Assembly: GCA_973895155.1 (NCBI GenBank)
Contig: OZ316896.1
Coordinates: 19,828,754 to 19,892,753, forward strand
Source of the DNA: Marsupella aquatica
Taxonomy: Eukaryota > Plantae > Marchantiophyta
DNA length: 64,000 nucleotides
Direction: 5' to 3'
In this document: positions 13,840-26,942 of the stretch, piece by piece
How positions within the stretch are numbered: the first letter of the stretch is position 1
Layout: the number at the start of each line of letters is the position of its first letter
Made by a program: the position numbers and the translations under genes
Notes under the pieces: model-generated
Seen by the model: only the letters and a program-made list of their open reading frames with translations
Database searches by the model: none
Told to the model about the DNA's origin: nothing

Positions 13840-14286
13840 ATGACTGGTTGAAAAGGGTAACCCCTCACCTCCTCCCCCGTCCCTCCCCCCACCCCCCCCC
13901 CACCCCCTTGTATTGTAGCTTTGTTCTATTTTGACCTGGAAATTGCACCTGCAATTCAGTAACCCTTGATGTGGGCCTAAATTTCATATTAGGGGGGGTT
14001 GTCATGCCGAGGGACAGTGCCGCTTGTGCACATCGGCATGTCCCTCGCATGCCCGCTAGGTATGACTGGTTGAAAAGGGTAACCCCTCACCTCCTCCCCC
14101 GTCCCTCCCCCCACCCCCCCCCCCCCCTCTTGTATTGTAGCTTTGTTCTATTTTGACCTGGAAATTGCACCTGCAATTCAGTAACCCTTGACGTGGGCCT
14201 AAATTTCATATTAGGGGGGGTTGTCATGCCGAGGGACAGTGCCGCTTGTGCACATCGGCATGTCCCTCGCATGCCCGCTAGGTATG
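13840..14286. repeat. Near-perfect 222-bp tandem duplication, possibly in the 5' LTR-like region of the downstream retroelement
   Basis: atgactggttgaaaagggtaacccc...gcatgcccgctaggt starts at 13840 and again at 14062. Similarity to the paralogous SDR upstream regions ends at ~13738. Confidence 0.85.
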
Positions 14287-15089
14287 TAGTTAGGGCTAGT
14301 GTACTACTTGAGTTAGTGTCATGTTCTTGTAGCAAGTCTGGGCCGTTCTTGAAGCAAAACGTGCTTGTTAGTGTGATGCCTTGACTTGATCTACTTAGGG
14401 TGTGTTTCTCTTTGTCGGTTTTCAGTTCTTCTTGAATCGCTGTCGACAGAGCTCAGACAGTGCTCGTCGATTCCGTACACGGGATTCATACAGTGATTCG
14501 TTAGATGCTCCCGACCGATCTTGGCATCCCGCCGGTTTTTGATTCGATTTCAGTACACTTGTTTCTATCACGCCTTTTATTCAAGAAGAACTGTGTTGCC
14601 GGGTTAGCGGTGAAGGGAAGAAGATCGGAGACGCTGTGCTTCTCAATTGCTCGAGACAGTTGACGCTTTTCCGCTGATGCCGGTGCAATTTCTATGGAAA
14701 AACGTTGAGCGATGGGGTGGAAGTTATGGCTTTTGTGTATACACTTAAGTATATACACTTAAGTCAAACAGCCCCCCCCTCCCTCTTTTCCTTTGCGCTT
14801 TGCTTTCACGGTTTTTCGTTTCCGGCCGCTGCCAACTGCTGCTTCAGCACCTGCCACGACCTTTTTCGGGCCATTTTTTTCGGTGTTTCTTTTGCCGGCC
14901 ACGGCTGCCATCCTGCCTCGGCCGCAGCGCGACCACCTCCTCGCTGCCACGACCACCTCGTGAATACCTCTCGAGTGCATAGGGCCGCGCGCCCGTTTCT
15001 TCCCCTCATTTTCTTTCCCTTCACCTTTCGCCTTACGTTTTAATGACTCTTTCGGGGCAGCGAGTACAAGCCGGGAGCCGAGAGGAGAA

Positions 15090-15580
15090 GGCACAGAGGC
15101 CTCTGAAGAATTAAAGAGGGGAGGGGGAAGCGAAAGGGGGGGGCGCGAAGCCCTATGCTGCATTAAAGGCGGAGGGGGAGCCAAAGCACGAGTGCAGGGA
15201 GTACATTCCACTCCCTCTCTCGGGAGTCGTCCTGCAGGGCACAGAGCCCACTTTCAGCAGCATTAAAGGGGGAGCGAGAGTGCCAGGAGAGGGCACGAGG
15301 CCCTAAGCAGCATTAACGCAGGGGGAGAGGCAACCAAGCATAAGCGACAGCAAGGAGGAGGGGGAGTTGAAGCGCAAGGAGGGCACGAGGCCCTATGGAG
15401 AATTAAAGGGGGGGAGTTACATTCGACTCCTTTCCCTGGAGTCCTTCTGCCACTCTGCCAGGCACGAAAGCATTTAAGGAGTGGATTGAGGGGGAGCTCG
15501 TAGCCTCCCTTTTCGGGAGCTCATAAGGACTAAGGAGGGCATATGGCACGAAGCCCTATGCAGGGCTGGAGCAATTAAGG
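15090..15580 (+). repeat. About 6 degenerate copies of GCACGAGGCCCTATGCAGCATTAAAGGGGG
   Basis: Variants at ~15091, ~15143, ~15239, ~15293, ~15383 and ~15546. Confidence 0.6.
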
Positions 15581-16426
15581 CCGTTTTTCTTTTCTCTCGC
15601 CTCGCCTTGGGTCCCGTCTTTTTCCCCCGTTCCTCCATGGTCGTTCGTCCGCTGCACGAGGGTCTTTTGACTCCCATGAGGGCATGTACATAGAGCACCG
15701 CTGCCGGTCCCCACTACGACCATTTTGCTGCCGACGCGCGCCCGGTTTCTTTTCCGTCTTGCTTGCTACTTCCCGGGTCCACATCGGGGCCCGATGTATA
15801 CACTTAACCGGGCCCCATGTTTATACATTTGAAAGGGCCGATGTATACACTTAAGGGGGGCCCCGGTTTACGTTTTTAAGGGCCCATTTTTCCGGATTTC
15901 TTTGCTGCCGCCACATGTCATCTGCATAAAGCTGAGGGCCTGACATATTCATCAGACAGTCAATCCAGCAAGCACAACACCAGTACAATTGGAGTTTTTA
16001 AGGGTCTTTTCTTTGCCGACGGTTTTCTGTGTGTTTACACATTCGACACATTTATGCCTCACACCGTTTGTTTCCTTTGTGGGTTTTATTTCCTAGCCTT
16101 GGGGTTGCCATTTATTTTTCTTGTCAGTTTCTTTCCCATTGGCACCCAGGTGAGCATGCAGCATATCAGCCGACGAGCCAGGAGGTAGCAACACATCGCC
16201 ACCGACACCTAGGTACCATTTACGGAGTGATCCACGACCACTGGTGCCAATTTCATTGGAGTCTTGGCAATTTTGACGACGTCCGCAAACAGCAGCACCA
16301 CCCACACCACGCAATCCTTCTACTCAATTTGGCGGTCGCTTCACCATTACTCCAAAGCCTGCTATCACTTCATTGCCATTTACCCCTTCTGCATCCGTGG
16401 TTGTTCCTGCTTCACCGACATACAGC

Positions 16427-17583
16427 ATGGACGCCAACCACTCATCTGGCCGCATTGAACGCTTCAGCGGGCGGCCAGGCACTATTTCTTTGCGTGAGTT
16501 CAAATCCACTTTCTACACTGTCGTTTACGAATTGGAGTTGAAGTATGGCAGCATTTCACAAATGCTTTTGCATTTAAGCAGCTAGCCAGGTATGTGCACC
16601 ACGAGGCTTTGGATGTGTATGAGCAACATTCTCAACGGCTGCTTGCTGTCACACAATTGCCTAACCCTGCCTATGCCACTGCAATTGCGGCTGCCTCACA
16701 ACTGGCATTACAGAATGCCATTGCAGCCCATGCTGCTGCTCCTGCCACTTCCCCTCCTACTCCAGTTCCCACCACTGCACCAGTTACTCCCATTGTCTTG
16801 GCACAGGCTACATCAGGCATTTCTCCCACCATTGATTCTCCTGCCTTTGCTGATCCAGTGGCTGAGTTTTTCCAGGTTCTTGAATTGGAATTCCCAATCA
16901 AGAGTGCTGACAAAATCATACAGTTGGCCACCTTTATGAGGCAGCGCGATGAAACCTTGAAGATGATGTATCGCCGGCTTCTCAAGCTAAAGGAGGACAC
17001 CCAGAGCATCACTGACCTGGAAGCTGCTCATCACTATCTTCGCGCATTGGAGGGCACACCAACTCTCCATTCGCAAGTGTTGCAGCAAGTATTCTCAGAG
17101 TTTGGAGACAGCTACACCTTGCTCAATGTCTATGACACTGCTGAGAAACTTGAGTTGGCCCATGCTCATTATGAGGCTAGTATTGCGCGTCCGCCACGAT
17201 CCAGGTACCAGGCTGCTGCCCCTACACTGGCCACTCCTTCCCGTGTGCCACAGTATGGTTCCAAGACCAAGCCAACCCATGTTGCTTTCATGCTGCCATC
17301 TTGCAACTACTGTGGTAACCCCAATCACAAGGCTAATGAATGTGATATTATTGCTGAGGACCTGTCTTGTGATTTTTGCAGGAAAATGGGCCACTTGGAG
17401 GCAGTTTGTTTTGCCAAATTCCCAGAGAGGAAGCAGCTACGACAGCAGACCCCTCATCCTGCTCCTACTTCCACTCCCCCACCAGCTAGGAGGGCTCCTA
17501 TTGCATCAGATGCTCCTCCTTCCAGTAGCAAAGCACCTGGTGCCAACAAATTGCCCAAGCAGCAACAAAAGCAACCAGCTTAG
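16427..17583 (+). pseudogene. gag-like region with two CCHC zinc knuckles
   Basis: MDANHSSGRIERFSG... then a frameshift to ...AFKQLARYVHHEALDVY. Knuckles CNYCGNPNHKANEC and CDFCRKMGHLEAVC at ~17302-17410. Confidence 0.8.
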
Positions 17584-18589
17584 AAGGAGGCTCACAATGC
17601 CCAGGCAACTCAACTCCAGTCTCTGACTCATGAGGTTGAGTCCCTACATGCCCAACTTGCCAACATCAAAGGCAAGTCACCTGCCTCTGCTGGTCCTTCT
17701 CAACCGGCTGGTCACGTGCAACCCATCCCTGGCCCAGGCACCACTGACAGTTCAGCATCTCTACCCCGCTCTTTCTATGGCTTGCCATTTGATGCTCATA
17801 TGGGTGAGTGTGTGCTGTCCTCTGCTACACAGCCTGGCCTTACAGCAGAATTTTCAGATTCATTCTGCCCTTCCTATTTTGCTTACCAGCAGGCCAGTGC
17901 TGCCTCCCGTATTGCTCCCACACACCGCATTGTACAGGCTGATGGTCTTGCTGCCGGTCCTATGACTAGAGCCAGGGGAGCTCGGGCTGTCATGCCCCAA
18001 TCCTTTCAGCCACTCACACTTGCTGAAGAGCGCACCTTGTTGGCGAGGGGGGAGGGAGCTGCAGCTACATCCATTCCACCACCAGGTGTTGTTGACATTT
18101 CACAGGGAGTTGTTTCTCCTGAGCTGCTTGAGCATGTCACCTCCGGTATGGCACAAAGGATTCTTACAACTCCACTTTTCAGTTGCCATGATTTACAGTT
18201 GGATGCTAGCGCTGTCATCAGAGCGCTAAAGGGCTCACTGCATTTTTCATCAGCCCCTGTGACACCGGTTTTGGAGGTCCAATCTCATGTACATAATGGA
18301 CTTTCTTCTTCTCCATTACATGCTTCCACTGGTTTGGCTATCCCAATACCAATTTCCAGTGGTAGAGATGACAGTATTGCTGCAGATTGTGTGACTAGAG
18401 CTACACTGGATTCTGGTCATGCTGCTCCATCTTTCCTGGCTATGCTGTTGAGTGGGAAGACCATGGACACTAACTCCCTTCACAAGGTACCTCATCATTT
18501 GCCAAAAGTGGTGCCTAGTGATAGGACTTTAGTTTCCACCACCATTGCCATTGTTGACAATAGGAATTCAGTGGTCAAGTTGGAGGGTC

Positions 18590-18930
18590 ACACTCCTCAG
18601 GTGGTCATGCTAGACACAGGCGCTCAACCAGTGATATTGGGCATTAAGTTTGCCAAGAAGATGGGACTACTGACTGATCATCTACAACAATCCAGGTGGC
18701 ATATTCGGACTGCTAGTGGCACTGTGGAGGATGTGTTGGGTGAGAGTTCTACTTTACTCACTCTCACTTTTAATGGGGGTACAGATCAGGAACTGCATTT
18801 CCCAGTCAGATGTTTGGTTACCAATGTCACTACGTATGATGTGCTCATTGGCCAGGAGGCTTTGTTCCCACCAGGTTTTACCATTGACAACTAGCATGAG
18901 CATGCATACTACAGAGTTGATTGGCATACT
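18590..18930 (+). pseudogene. Retroviral-type aspartic protease domain
   Basis: VMLDTGAQPVILG ... YDVLIGQE motifs. Confidence 0.85.
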
Positions 18931-19275
18931 GATGGCTCACACTTGGGCTACATTCCCCTTGATTTGCATGGTGCCCATACACCTATGGCTCACCACTGTG
19001 TGTTGAAAGTAGTGCACACAGCTACCTATGTCAACCACCCATTGCAGGATTGGATTGAGGAGGATGATGATGAGGTGGCTACTACACATGCTGCTGCACG
19101 TATAGCAGCACTTTCCAGCAACGTGGATCATCAACCAGAGGTGGTACAATGGCTCCAAGCAGCCCATGGACCTTTGGTGGCTGCATTGCGCAAGTTTGAA
19201 GACCTTGGGCAGCACAATGGATAGCCAATAGCCCCAATCTTGAGCGCACCAGTTACATGGACTCCTGCTCCGGAT

Positions 19276-20225
19276 GGCCTTACATTGCTTGAGCTTTTTG
19301 GTGGCATTTCTACAGGCCTGGAAGCTCTCCTACAGTCCGGCATGGTGGTGAAGCAGTACATCTACGTGGACATTGATCCAGGTGCAAGGCAAGTGACTGA
19401 ATCCCGTCTGCTGGAATTTTCAGAGCGATTTCCCCAGCAGTTTCCACACAGTGCATGGAAGTCTGCATTTTATTTCTTCCCTCCAGATATCCAGCTTGTC
19501 CAGCACCGGCACTTAACCCTTCTTGGCTCCCTTGATTTGATCATAACTGGTTGGGAATGCCAAGGGTTTTCAGCTGCTGGTCACGGTGCTGGATTGCATG
19601 ATTCTCGTTCTAGCCTTTTCACAGCATTGGTTCAGATTCTCACCTGGGCTCAATCCCTTTATCCTACTGTTGGCTATATCATTGAGAATACTCCATCTCA
19701 GTTTGACCAGATTCCACAGGTCAAAGAGGATTTTAGTGTGGTCCAACACTACTTGGGACCACCCCTTCTCATTGATGCAGTGCACTGTGGTTCTTATGCA
19801 CATCGTCTTCGTAACTTTTGGACTAACCTTGCACCACCTTCCTTGTTGGAGTTAGCTCTTCACCACACATCTAGGGACACTAACCTCACAGTGGACCAGA
19901 TTTTGGATCCTGACAGTTCTTGCCAACCAGTTACACGGCAAGAGCCAGCACCTTGGTATCCAGCCAATACCATTGGATAGCCCCGTGCTGCTTGGCCTAC
20001 ATTTGTGTCCTTTCCAAGTGCACATGCTTTTCAGGGTGATGGTCCTGGCCTGGTTTACCGACATTCTACCGGTACATGGGATGAACCTAGTCCTGAGGAG
20101 AGAGAACGGGCTATGGGCTTCCAACCCGGTACTACATGCCACACCAAAATCACCAAGCTGGCCAGGAATGCTTTACTTGGCAGGGTAATGGATCTTAATG
20201 CTCTCACTTGGCTTCTGGTCACTTG
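19276..20225 (+). pseudogene. DNMT3-like C5 cytosine DNA methyltransferase domain inside the polyprotein (one in-frame TAG at 19978)
   Basis: Motif I LLELFGGI, II VDID, IV IITGWECQGFS, VI IIENT, VIII AHRLRNFWTNL, IX EERERAMGF, X ARNALLGR, in canonical order. Confidence 0.88.
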
Positions 20226-20559
20226 CATCCATTTTCAGATGTACATTCATCCAGCATCAGGACTTCCAGCCCTACCACTCCATGGTGCTGCTACATGGCA
20301 TCCAGACCAAGTGCACTTACCTCTATTCAACACTCACCGCTTCAGTCAGTGTTGGGGGGGAGGAGGTCCCTTGTAACGTGGCTGATATTATTTCTGAGTT
20401 TCATGGTGTGGATCAGACCAGAGCAACAGATACAACAGGCCTTGGAGAGGCCTCATCACCTTATCAGCAACATGCTAGCAGCTTGGATAGTGGAGAGGCT
20501 AGCACTTCTGGCTCTTCAAGCACGAGTACATCAAGTCCTATTCCTAGTGTTGCCAACTA

Positions 20560-23098
20560 CACGTTCATCATGGGCAACCACCTGAGTAAAAGACAGAAGG
20601 ACCAGCTGCTGAATTTGCTCCTCAAGCATGAGAACGTGTTTGCTTTCTCTATGAAGGACTTGGGTAAGTGCAAGACCATGCAGTTCTCCATTGAGTTGGC
20701 TGATGAAACACCTATCTTCAGGCGAAGACATCGTTTGAGTAAGCATGAGTGGCAACTGGTGGATGAGAGGTGCCAAGAGTTATATGAAGCTGGTCTTATT
20801 CAGCCATCTACATCAGATTTTGCAGCAGCTACAGTGATGCCAGCAAAGAAGGATTCCAGTGGATTGTGGACAGAGAAGCGCATGTGTGGGGACTACAGGC
20901 CACTGAACCTGGTCACACCCCAGGACAGGTACCCCATGCCACGGCCAGAGGAGCTATTTGACAGCATTGGAGACTCAGACATCTTCACTCTTGTGGATCT
21001 AAGGCAAGGCTTTAACCAGATTTTGCTGCTTGCAAAGGACCGCAAGAAAACACCTTTCCATGGTAGTAACCAACTATGGGAGTGGTTGGTGATGCCATTT
21101 GGCTTGAAGAATGCGCCCATATTCTTTCAAAGAATCATGGACCAGGTTCTTCAAGGTGCTGAGTTTCTGAAATGCTACATTGATGATGTGTTGGTCCACA
21201 GCAAAGGATTTGACCAGCATCTACTTGACCTCGAGGAGCTATTCATGAGACTTAAGAAGGTGAACCTAAAGATACACCCCAAGAAGTGTGAATTTGGTGT
21301 CAGATCAGTAGTATACCTTGGGCACCGCATTCTTCCAAATGGAACCATGGCTCACTGGGCCAAGGTGGTATCCATCTTGGAAATGCCCACTCCTACCGAT
21401 GTTCACACTTTGAGGAGTTTTATTGGGTTGTGCAATTACTACCGGATCTACATCAAAGATTTCAGCACCATTGCACACCCATTGTATGCTTTGTTGAAAA
21501 AGAATATGACTTGGACATGGAGTACAGATGCTGAGGCAGCACTTGCCACTTTGAAGGAGAAGCTCTCAGAATACCCGGTGTTGAGAAGACCTGATTTCAG
21601 CAAGGTCTTTGTGCTACACACAGATTGGAGTGCCCTTGGGATTGGTGCCATTCTGGGCCAGTATGATGAGGAAGGTAAAGAGTACGTCATTGCCTATGCA
21701 TCCAAGAGCAACAATCAGGCAGAGAGTCATTATTCTTCTTATGAGGGTGAATGCCTTGCTGTTGTGTGGGCTGTCATACATTATAGGCCCTACCTGTATG
21801 GGACCAGGTTTGTTCTCTACACCGACCACGAGCCCTTGAAGTGGTTGATGACCAACGACAAGCTTACTGGCAAGCTTGCTCGTTGGGCACTCATACTCCA
21901 GGAGTATAATTTTGAGGTAATTCATAGGCCTGGTGTGACACATCAAAATGCTGACACTATGTCCCGCAGCCCTTTGATTGACTCTGATGATTCCTCAGAT
22001 GCACGACAGGATTTCGACCAGGTTCCCATCCTGCCTACATTTCATGCATCTACCTATCTTGCTTTGCTGCCATGCTACGTTGTTGACCAACCTGTGGTGG
22101 ACATATGGGAGGACAACGACACTCTGAGATTTTTGCAGCATGGGGAGTACCCCATACATGTTACTGCTGCCCAGAGAGACCGAATTCAGCAAAGGTCTAA
22201 GCGTTACTTGTGGAAGGGAGATCATCTCGTGCGCTGCTTGCCAGACAGGGAAGTGGTGGTTCCACCCATTCATGAGAGGGTTGGCCTTATCCATAAGGTA
22301 CATTCAGAGCTTGGTCATTTTGGCGTTAAGAGGACTTACAGCCTCTTGGTCCCTCATTATCATTGGAGAGGCATGCATGGCCAGGTTCAAGATGTTATTG
22401 CCCGGTGTGAACAGTGTGATAGGGTGAGGACTTCTTTCACATCTCGGCAACCCACACTTCATCCACTCCCTATTCAGGGCATGTTTTATCGCTGGTCATG
22501 TGATTTGGCTCGAGAATTACCCCTCACGTCTCGGGGTAATCTCTACATCATGATCATGATAGAGCATTTCTCCAAGTGGATAGAACTTGTGGCATTGCCA
22601 GATAAGACCTCCCGTAGCACCAGCCAGGCATTCCTACAACAAGTTCTCACCCGCTTTGGAGCTAGTGCAGAATGTCTCACTGACCAGTGCTCAGAGTTTA
22701 GAGGAGAGTTCCAGGAGCTGCTTGATCAGGCCCTCATTGATCATCGCCGGACATCACGAGATCATCCACAGGCAGATGGCTTGGCAGAGCGCATGGTTCA
22801 GACATGCAAGAAGGGTCTCCGGAAGATTTGCCTCACCAAAAACAAGGAGGATTGGGATCTGGCCTTACCCTACATTGCCATGGGGTATAGGATGTCTAGA
22901 CATGCATCATTGTCTAACTTTTCTCCTTACTTCTTGTTGTTTGGTCGTCACCCAGTTCCACCTTTTGCTATTGCTGCTCACATGCTTCAAGTGGTGGACT
23001 TGGATTCAGCTATGACTTGGTCTTATGTGATCTCTGAGAGGGCTGCCCTATTCAGGAGGGTTATGCCCATGGCCATGGAGAATTTGGCCATTGCACAA
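20560..23098 (+). pseudogene. pol: reverse transcriptase, RNase H and integrase core
   Basis: RMCGDYRPLN, DLRQGFNQ, VMPFGLKNAP, YIDD; LHTDWS, YTDHEPL; HHCC (HSELGH...CEQC) and the D,D,E core ending HPQADGLAER. Confidence 0.95.
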
Positions 23099-26000
23099 TG
23101 TCGCACCCCTACCCTGGGCCTTAAATCCGGGTTAGTGTCATGGTGCGACCTCGACCACCAGTAGGGGTGAGGGTTCGGGCAAGGAGGTGTGTAGTGACCT
23201 TCATTAGCCCTAAGTCGGGCTAAACCGCTATACTTACTGGTATAACACTCGCATAATTCGTACTTGACATAGGTATATTTATTTTCCACCGCTGGAATTT
23301 TCCCTCAGTTAGTGACGCGGACTAACTCCCGACTTGGGGCTTTTCAAGCCATCGACGTGACAGGAACTTGTGACATGCAATGAGTGGCAATCCCTACCAT
23401 TAGTCCGCACCCGGTACGTCCCTTAAAATAGCGCCTTTGCCCAGACAAAGCATACACACAACACCAGTTACTCTCAGAAACATTAGGGGGAAAAGACTAC
23501 ATTTACTCAGCGAAGCATCAGTTTACATGGTTGACTCGACTTCAAAGGGGGTCAGCAGGCCCAACGGCAGTCGATGCCCAGTCTCTACGAGGCCCTGCCT
23601 CGCACTTGCCCAGCAAGCTCGACTCTGGCTCTCACTCCTTGGTACGCTCTGACCCTACTCAGGCCGGGACTCCCCGTGCCTCGCCTTTCTTCTGCTGAGA
23701 TAACTAAGCCTTCTCCCCCTTCCCATCGTGGAAGGGGAAGCCTAAATACTACCATAGCGGAAGAGAACCGGAGGATACTACCTTCCGGGGTACTACCTAC
23801 TGACTAACTAACTGCTGACTACTGGTCGCGCTGCACTGACCGGTTAACCGTCGACTACGAGTGTGCCAACCGGAATGGCAGCGGCCAAGCCTACTGACAA
23901 ACTCTAGTCCGTTGATGGACTCAATCCTACGTTGGCTGATCCTAACTGACCGGCCCTAATTCTTCCTACTGCCGCTAATCGGTGCCTAATGACAGTCATT
24001 CTGTCATTACGCCTAACTAAAAGATGCTGCTGACTTAACCACCTCGCGCGGCGCCTGCTTCTACCCTTCGCTAACTACCCCTTACGTGTGTGCAGTGGTT
24101 GGACCAGGGCTGGTCCCCTTGTCGGGGCGAGACCTCGAGCCGCCTTGATCAGAGGTGGGCCCAGGTTTTCCCCGCTGGAGGACGAGCAGGGTGACGCGGT
24201 CCTGCAAAGCCTTGTTGTCCCGTAATGCTTCCTCCGCCTTGTTTGCAGCTTCATTGGCTTCAGTCTGGAGCCGCGCCACCTCCAAGTTGAGCTGGTCGAT
24301 GGCGTCGCGATGGACCTGGTCCTGCGCTAGCAATTTATCTCGTTCGGCGGAGAGACTAGCCACCTGCTGTGCTGCCTGCAGGAATTGTTTGTTGAGGTCG
24401 GTCAGGCTGGTAACCCGAGCCGAAGATTCTGAGCGTAATTGAAGCACGGTGTCGTCCAGCTTCTTGAGTTCGGCCTGCGCTCCGCTTAACTCCTGGGTTA
24501 GTCCGTCCCTCTGTTCGACAGTGCGGACTAAATCCTCGCGGCGGGTCGTTGCCTCTTCCTCGAGGTGCTCTACCAGCATCTGGAGACGCCCGATCTCATT
24601 CCCCTTCACCATGAGTTCTTCTTCCAAGCGGCTGACGATCCGTGGTTGGTGCTCTAACATGAAGAAGGCTGGCTGAAAGTACGCCGAGACTTGTTGTCCG
24701 ATGTATGTCGCCAACTCCCCAGACATAGTCTAGCTAAACTTCTGGACCAGGTCGTAGGCCATGGTCCCCGGGGCTACTTGGTAGTCCTCCATCCTCTCGG
24801 GTACCGGTGGTTCCTCGGCAGGGGCAGTGAGCTCCTCCGTAGTCAGCGCTGGGGAGGGGAAGGTTTCTTCAGGTGGTGGAGGGATTGGGGGTGGTTGTAC
24901 TGCAGGTCGCGGAGGCTCAACGGAAGGAGGCGGTGGAATTTCCATAGGGGGCGGTTGCGGAGTATTAGTCGGGGCTTCCGGCTCGGGGTTTGTCCGAGGG
25001 ACAGTAGTCCGCGTAGTCGGGGTTGCCTCCTCTGGGGCGGGGGTGACATTACCCGGGGCTGAGGTGGCCGTATTCTTTCCTCTGGCCTCCCGCCGTGCCT
25101 TGTACCAGGCGAGGATAATGGCGATATGACTTCCCAAGTAAGTCTTCCCTCCAATAGCCATACCACCCTGAGCCCGCTTCAGCTCCCCCGAGAATCTTCG
25201 GTAGAAGAATTGGGCCCAGTTTCGTCGTTTGTACTGTTCCACCTGCACGATCGTGCAGAGGGAAATCTCGAATCGTGGCTCAATCATGTGTAGGGTAGTC
25301 CGTATGAAGTTAAGCCGCTCCATACAGGTTAAGTTGGTGCACGCCCCCTGCTTGTATCCGTTGTCCGTCTTACCCTCGGGTTTGAAGTGCCGCGGCGTAT
25401 ACTCCTTATCCCGAATTTGGATTTCCACCGGCACCGGCCCGGTTGGTAGGCCAAAAATTTGCGTTTAACCGATGCTCCGTGAGTGATAAGGTCTGCCCCG
25501 AAACCTTGGTGGTCGACGCATCAGTGTCGAAATTGGAGATGAACTCACAAATCTCCTTCGGCCCGGCGGTGCACGGCCTCCATAGTAAGTGGGCAAACCG
25601 CTCCAACTGATGCTCCTTGAGATAGTCCGCATGTTCGAGTTTCTTGATCGCGATCCAGACTACCTCGGGGACGCGGATTACCTGTAATAAGTTGGACTTT
25701 GGGTAATCCGGGGGCCGTCGGGTCTGGTTGGTCGGGGGGTTTGCCGGGGTAGGTGCAGGCGCGGCGTCGGTCCGTGTTGATTCGGGGGCCGTCGTAGTCC
25801 TTGACCGCTTACGAGGACGCTGTTCGAGTTGCGGACTAGCTCGCTCGGAACCCGAAGAACACTCCGCGTTGATTACTGGACGGACTTGGGACTGGTTCGG
25901 CGGTACTCCGATGGTCATCGGTTGAGGCGCTGGGGTAGCCATATCCCAGTTGAAGGCGTTGGAGCTTTCCCCGAGGAACGTGAGATTACGCGCCGCTTCC

Positions 26001-26937
26001 CGTTGTCTGCTGATGTCTTCTTGGCGCTTTTCGGCTGCGATCTGCTGGTCTAGGTACCCCGGAATCTTGTCGAACTCCGCTTGAGTAAGCCGCTGGTTGC
26101 CCTTCAGCTTAAAGAACTTAGCTGGAACCTCAAGAATCGCCTCTGCTACCGATCTAAGCCCTTCCTCGCTGAGATATAGTTCGGTGATGTAGTCTCGCAG
26201 CTCGTTATAGCTAGAATCCCTGGTGATGGCTGTCCTTTCGCAATTAACCAGTGCTACCTTGGTTACCAGCTTCGCGTACCTTCGTTTGTAAGCGGCTTTC
26301 TCGGGGCAAGAGTACCAGTAAGTCTCGGAGAACTTAGCACCTACCTCGCCAAACAAGGTCCAAAATCCCAAGGCTGTGAGGGTCATACTAACCTCGTAGT
26401 CCGGTTCGTTGCGTCCACGTTCCCACCTGGCTGGTCCTTTTTCGCGAAGGCCTTGCTCGTCCTGACAAAATCTCGCCACATTCCGCTCTTCTCCCTCGAT
26501 AATTTCCTCGTAAAGGTCGACTGGATTCAATAAAAAAGGCGAGCGGATGGCAGCGTCCGTGAATTCCAAAAAGGTAAACGTGAGCGAATGGCCCGCAGTG
26601 CCATCGGCTCCTCTCTTATGGGGGTGCCAGGACGAGCCCGAGCGTGAGAAGGTCAGGCCGTTTGGTCATTGATAACGAGCTGAAGTCGGCATCTCGGTCC
26701 AAGCGTGATTCTTCTAACTGATTTTTACTCCGCTGCCGCCACCGTACCTCGGTCGTGCGTAATAATCCCTTTCCTGAACTCGTAATTATTCGGTTATCTT
26801 AACCTACTCCTAATCTAATCATAATGGCAACTTGGCGGCTATACGTGCTATTCTACGCTATGGCTACGGTCCTTATGACCGTATAAGTCCTAATCTTCGA
26901 CCTGGGTTCGGTCAAGTGACACGTTGCCGGTGTCACA
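23099..26937. mobile_element. Nested 3.84-kb insert with TG...CA ends and a 5-bp TSD (solo-LTR-like)
   Basis: CACAA|TGTCGCACC ... GGTGTCACA|CACAA, with TSDs at 23094-23098 and 26938-26942. Removing it restores MENLAIAQ-HRDTLRY in the host integrase. Confidence 0.9.
24082..26569 (-). pseudogene. Disrupted ~830-codon ORF in the nested insert: unknown N-terminus, Pro-rich linker, C-terminal coiled coil
   Basis: ORFs 26569-25406, 25434-24730 and 24726-24082 are joined by one frameshift and one in-frame TAG. The last part is heptad-rich in E/Q/L. Confidence 0.6.
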
Positions 26938-26942
26938 CACAA

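Noticed and set aside
14705-15784. K/R/G-rich or Pro-rich short ORFs
   Set aside because: Low-complexity GC-rich sequence gives open frames on both strands with no domain signal.
20345-20376. Programmed ribosomal frameshift at the G-run between MTase and RT
   Set aside because: The element has several other disabling lesions, so a decay indel is simpler. This cannot be decided without intact copies.
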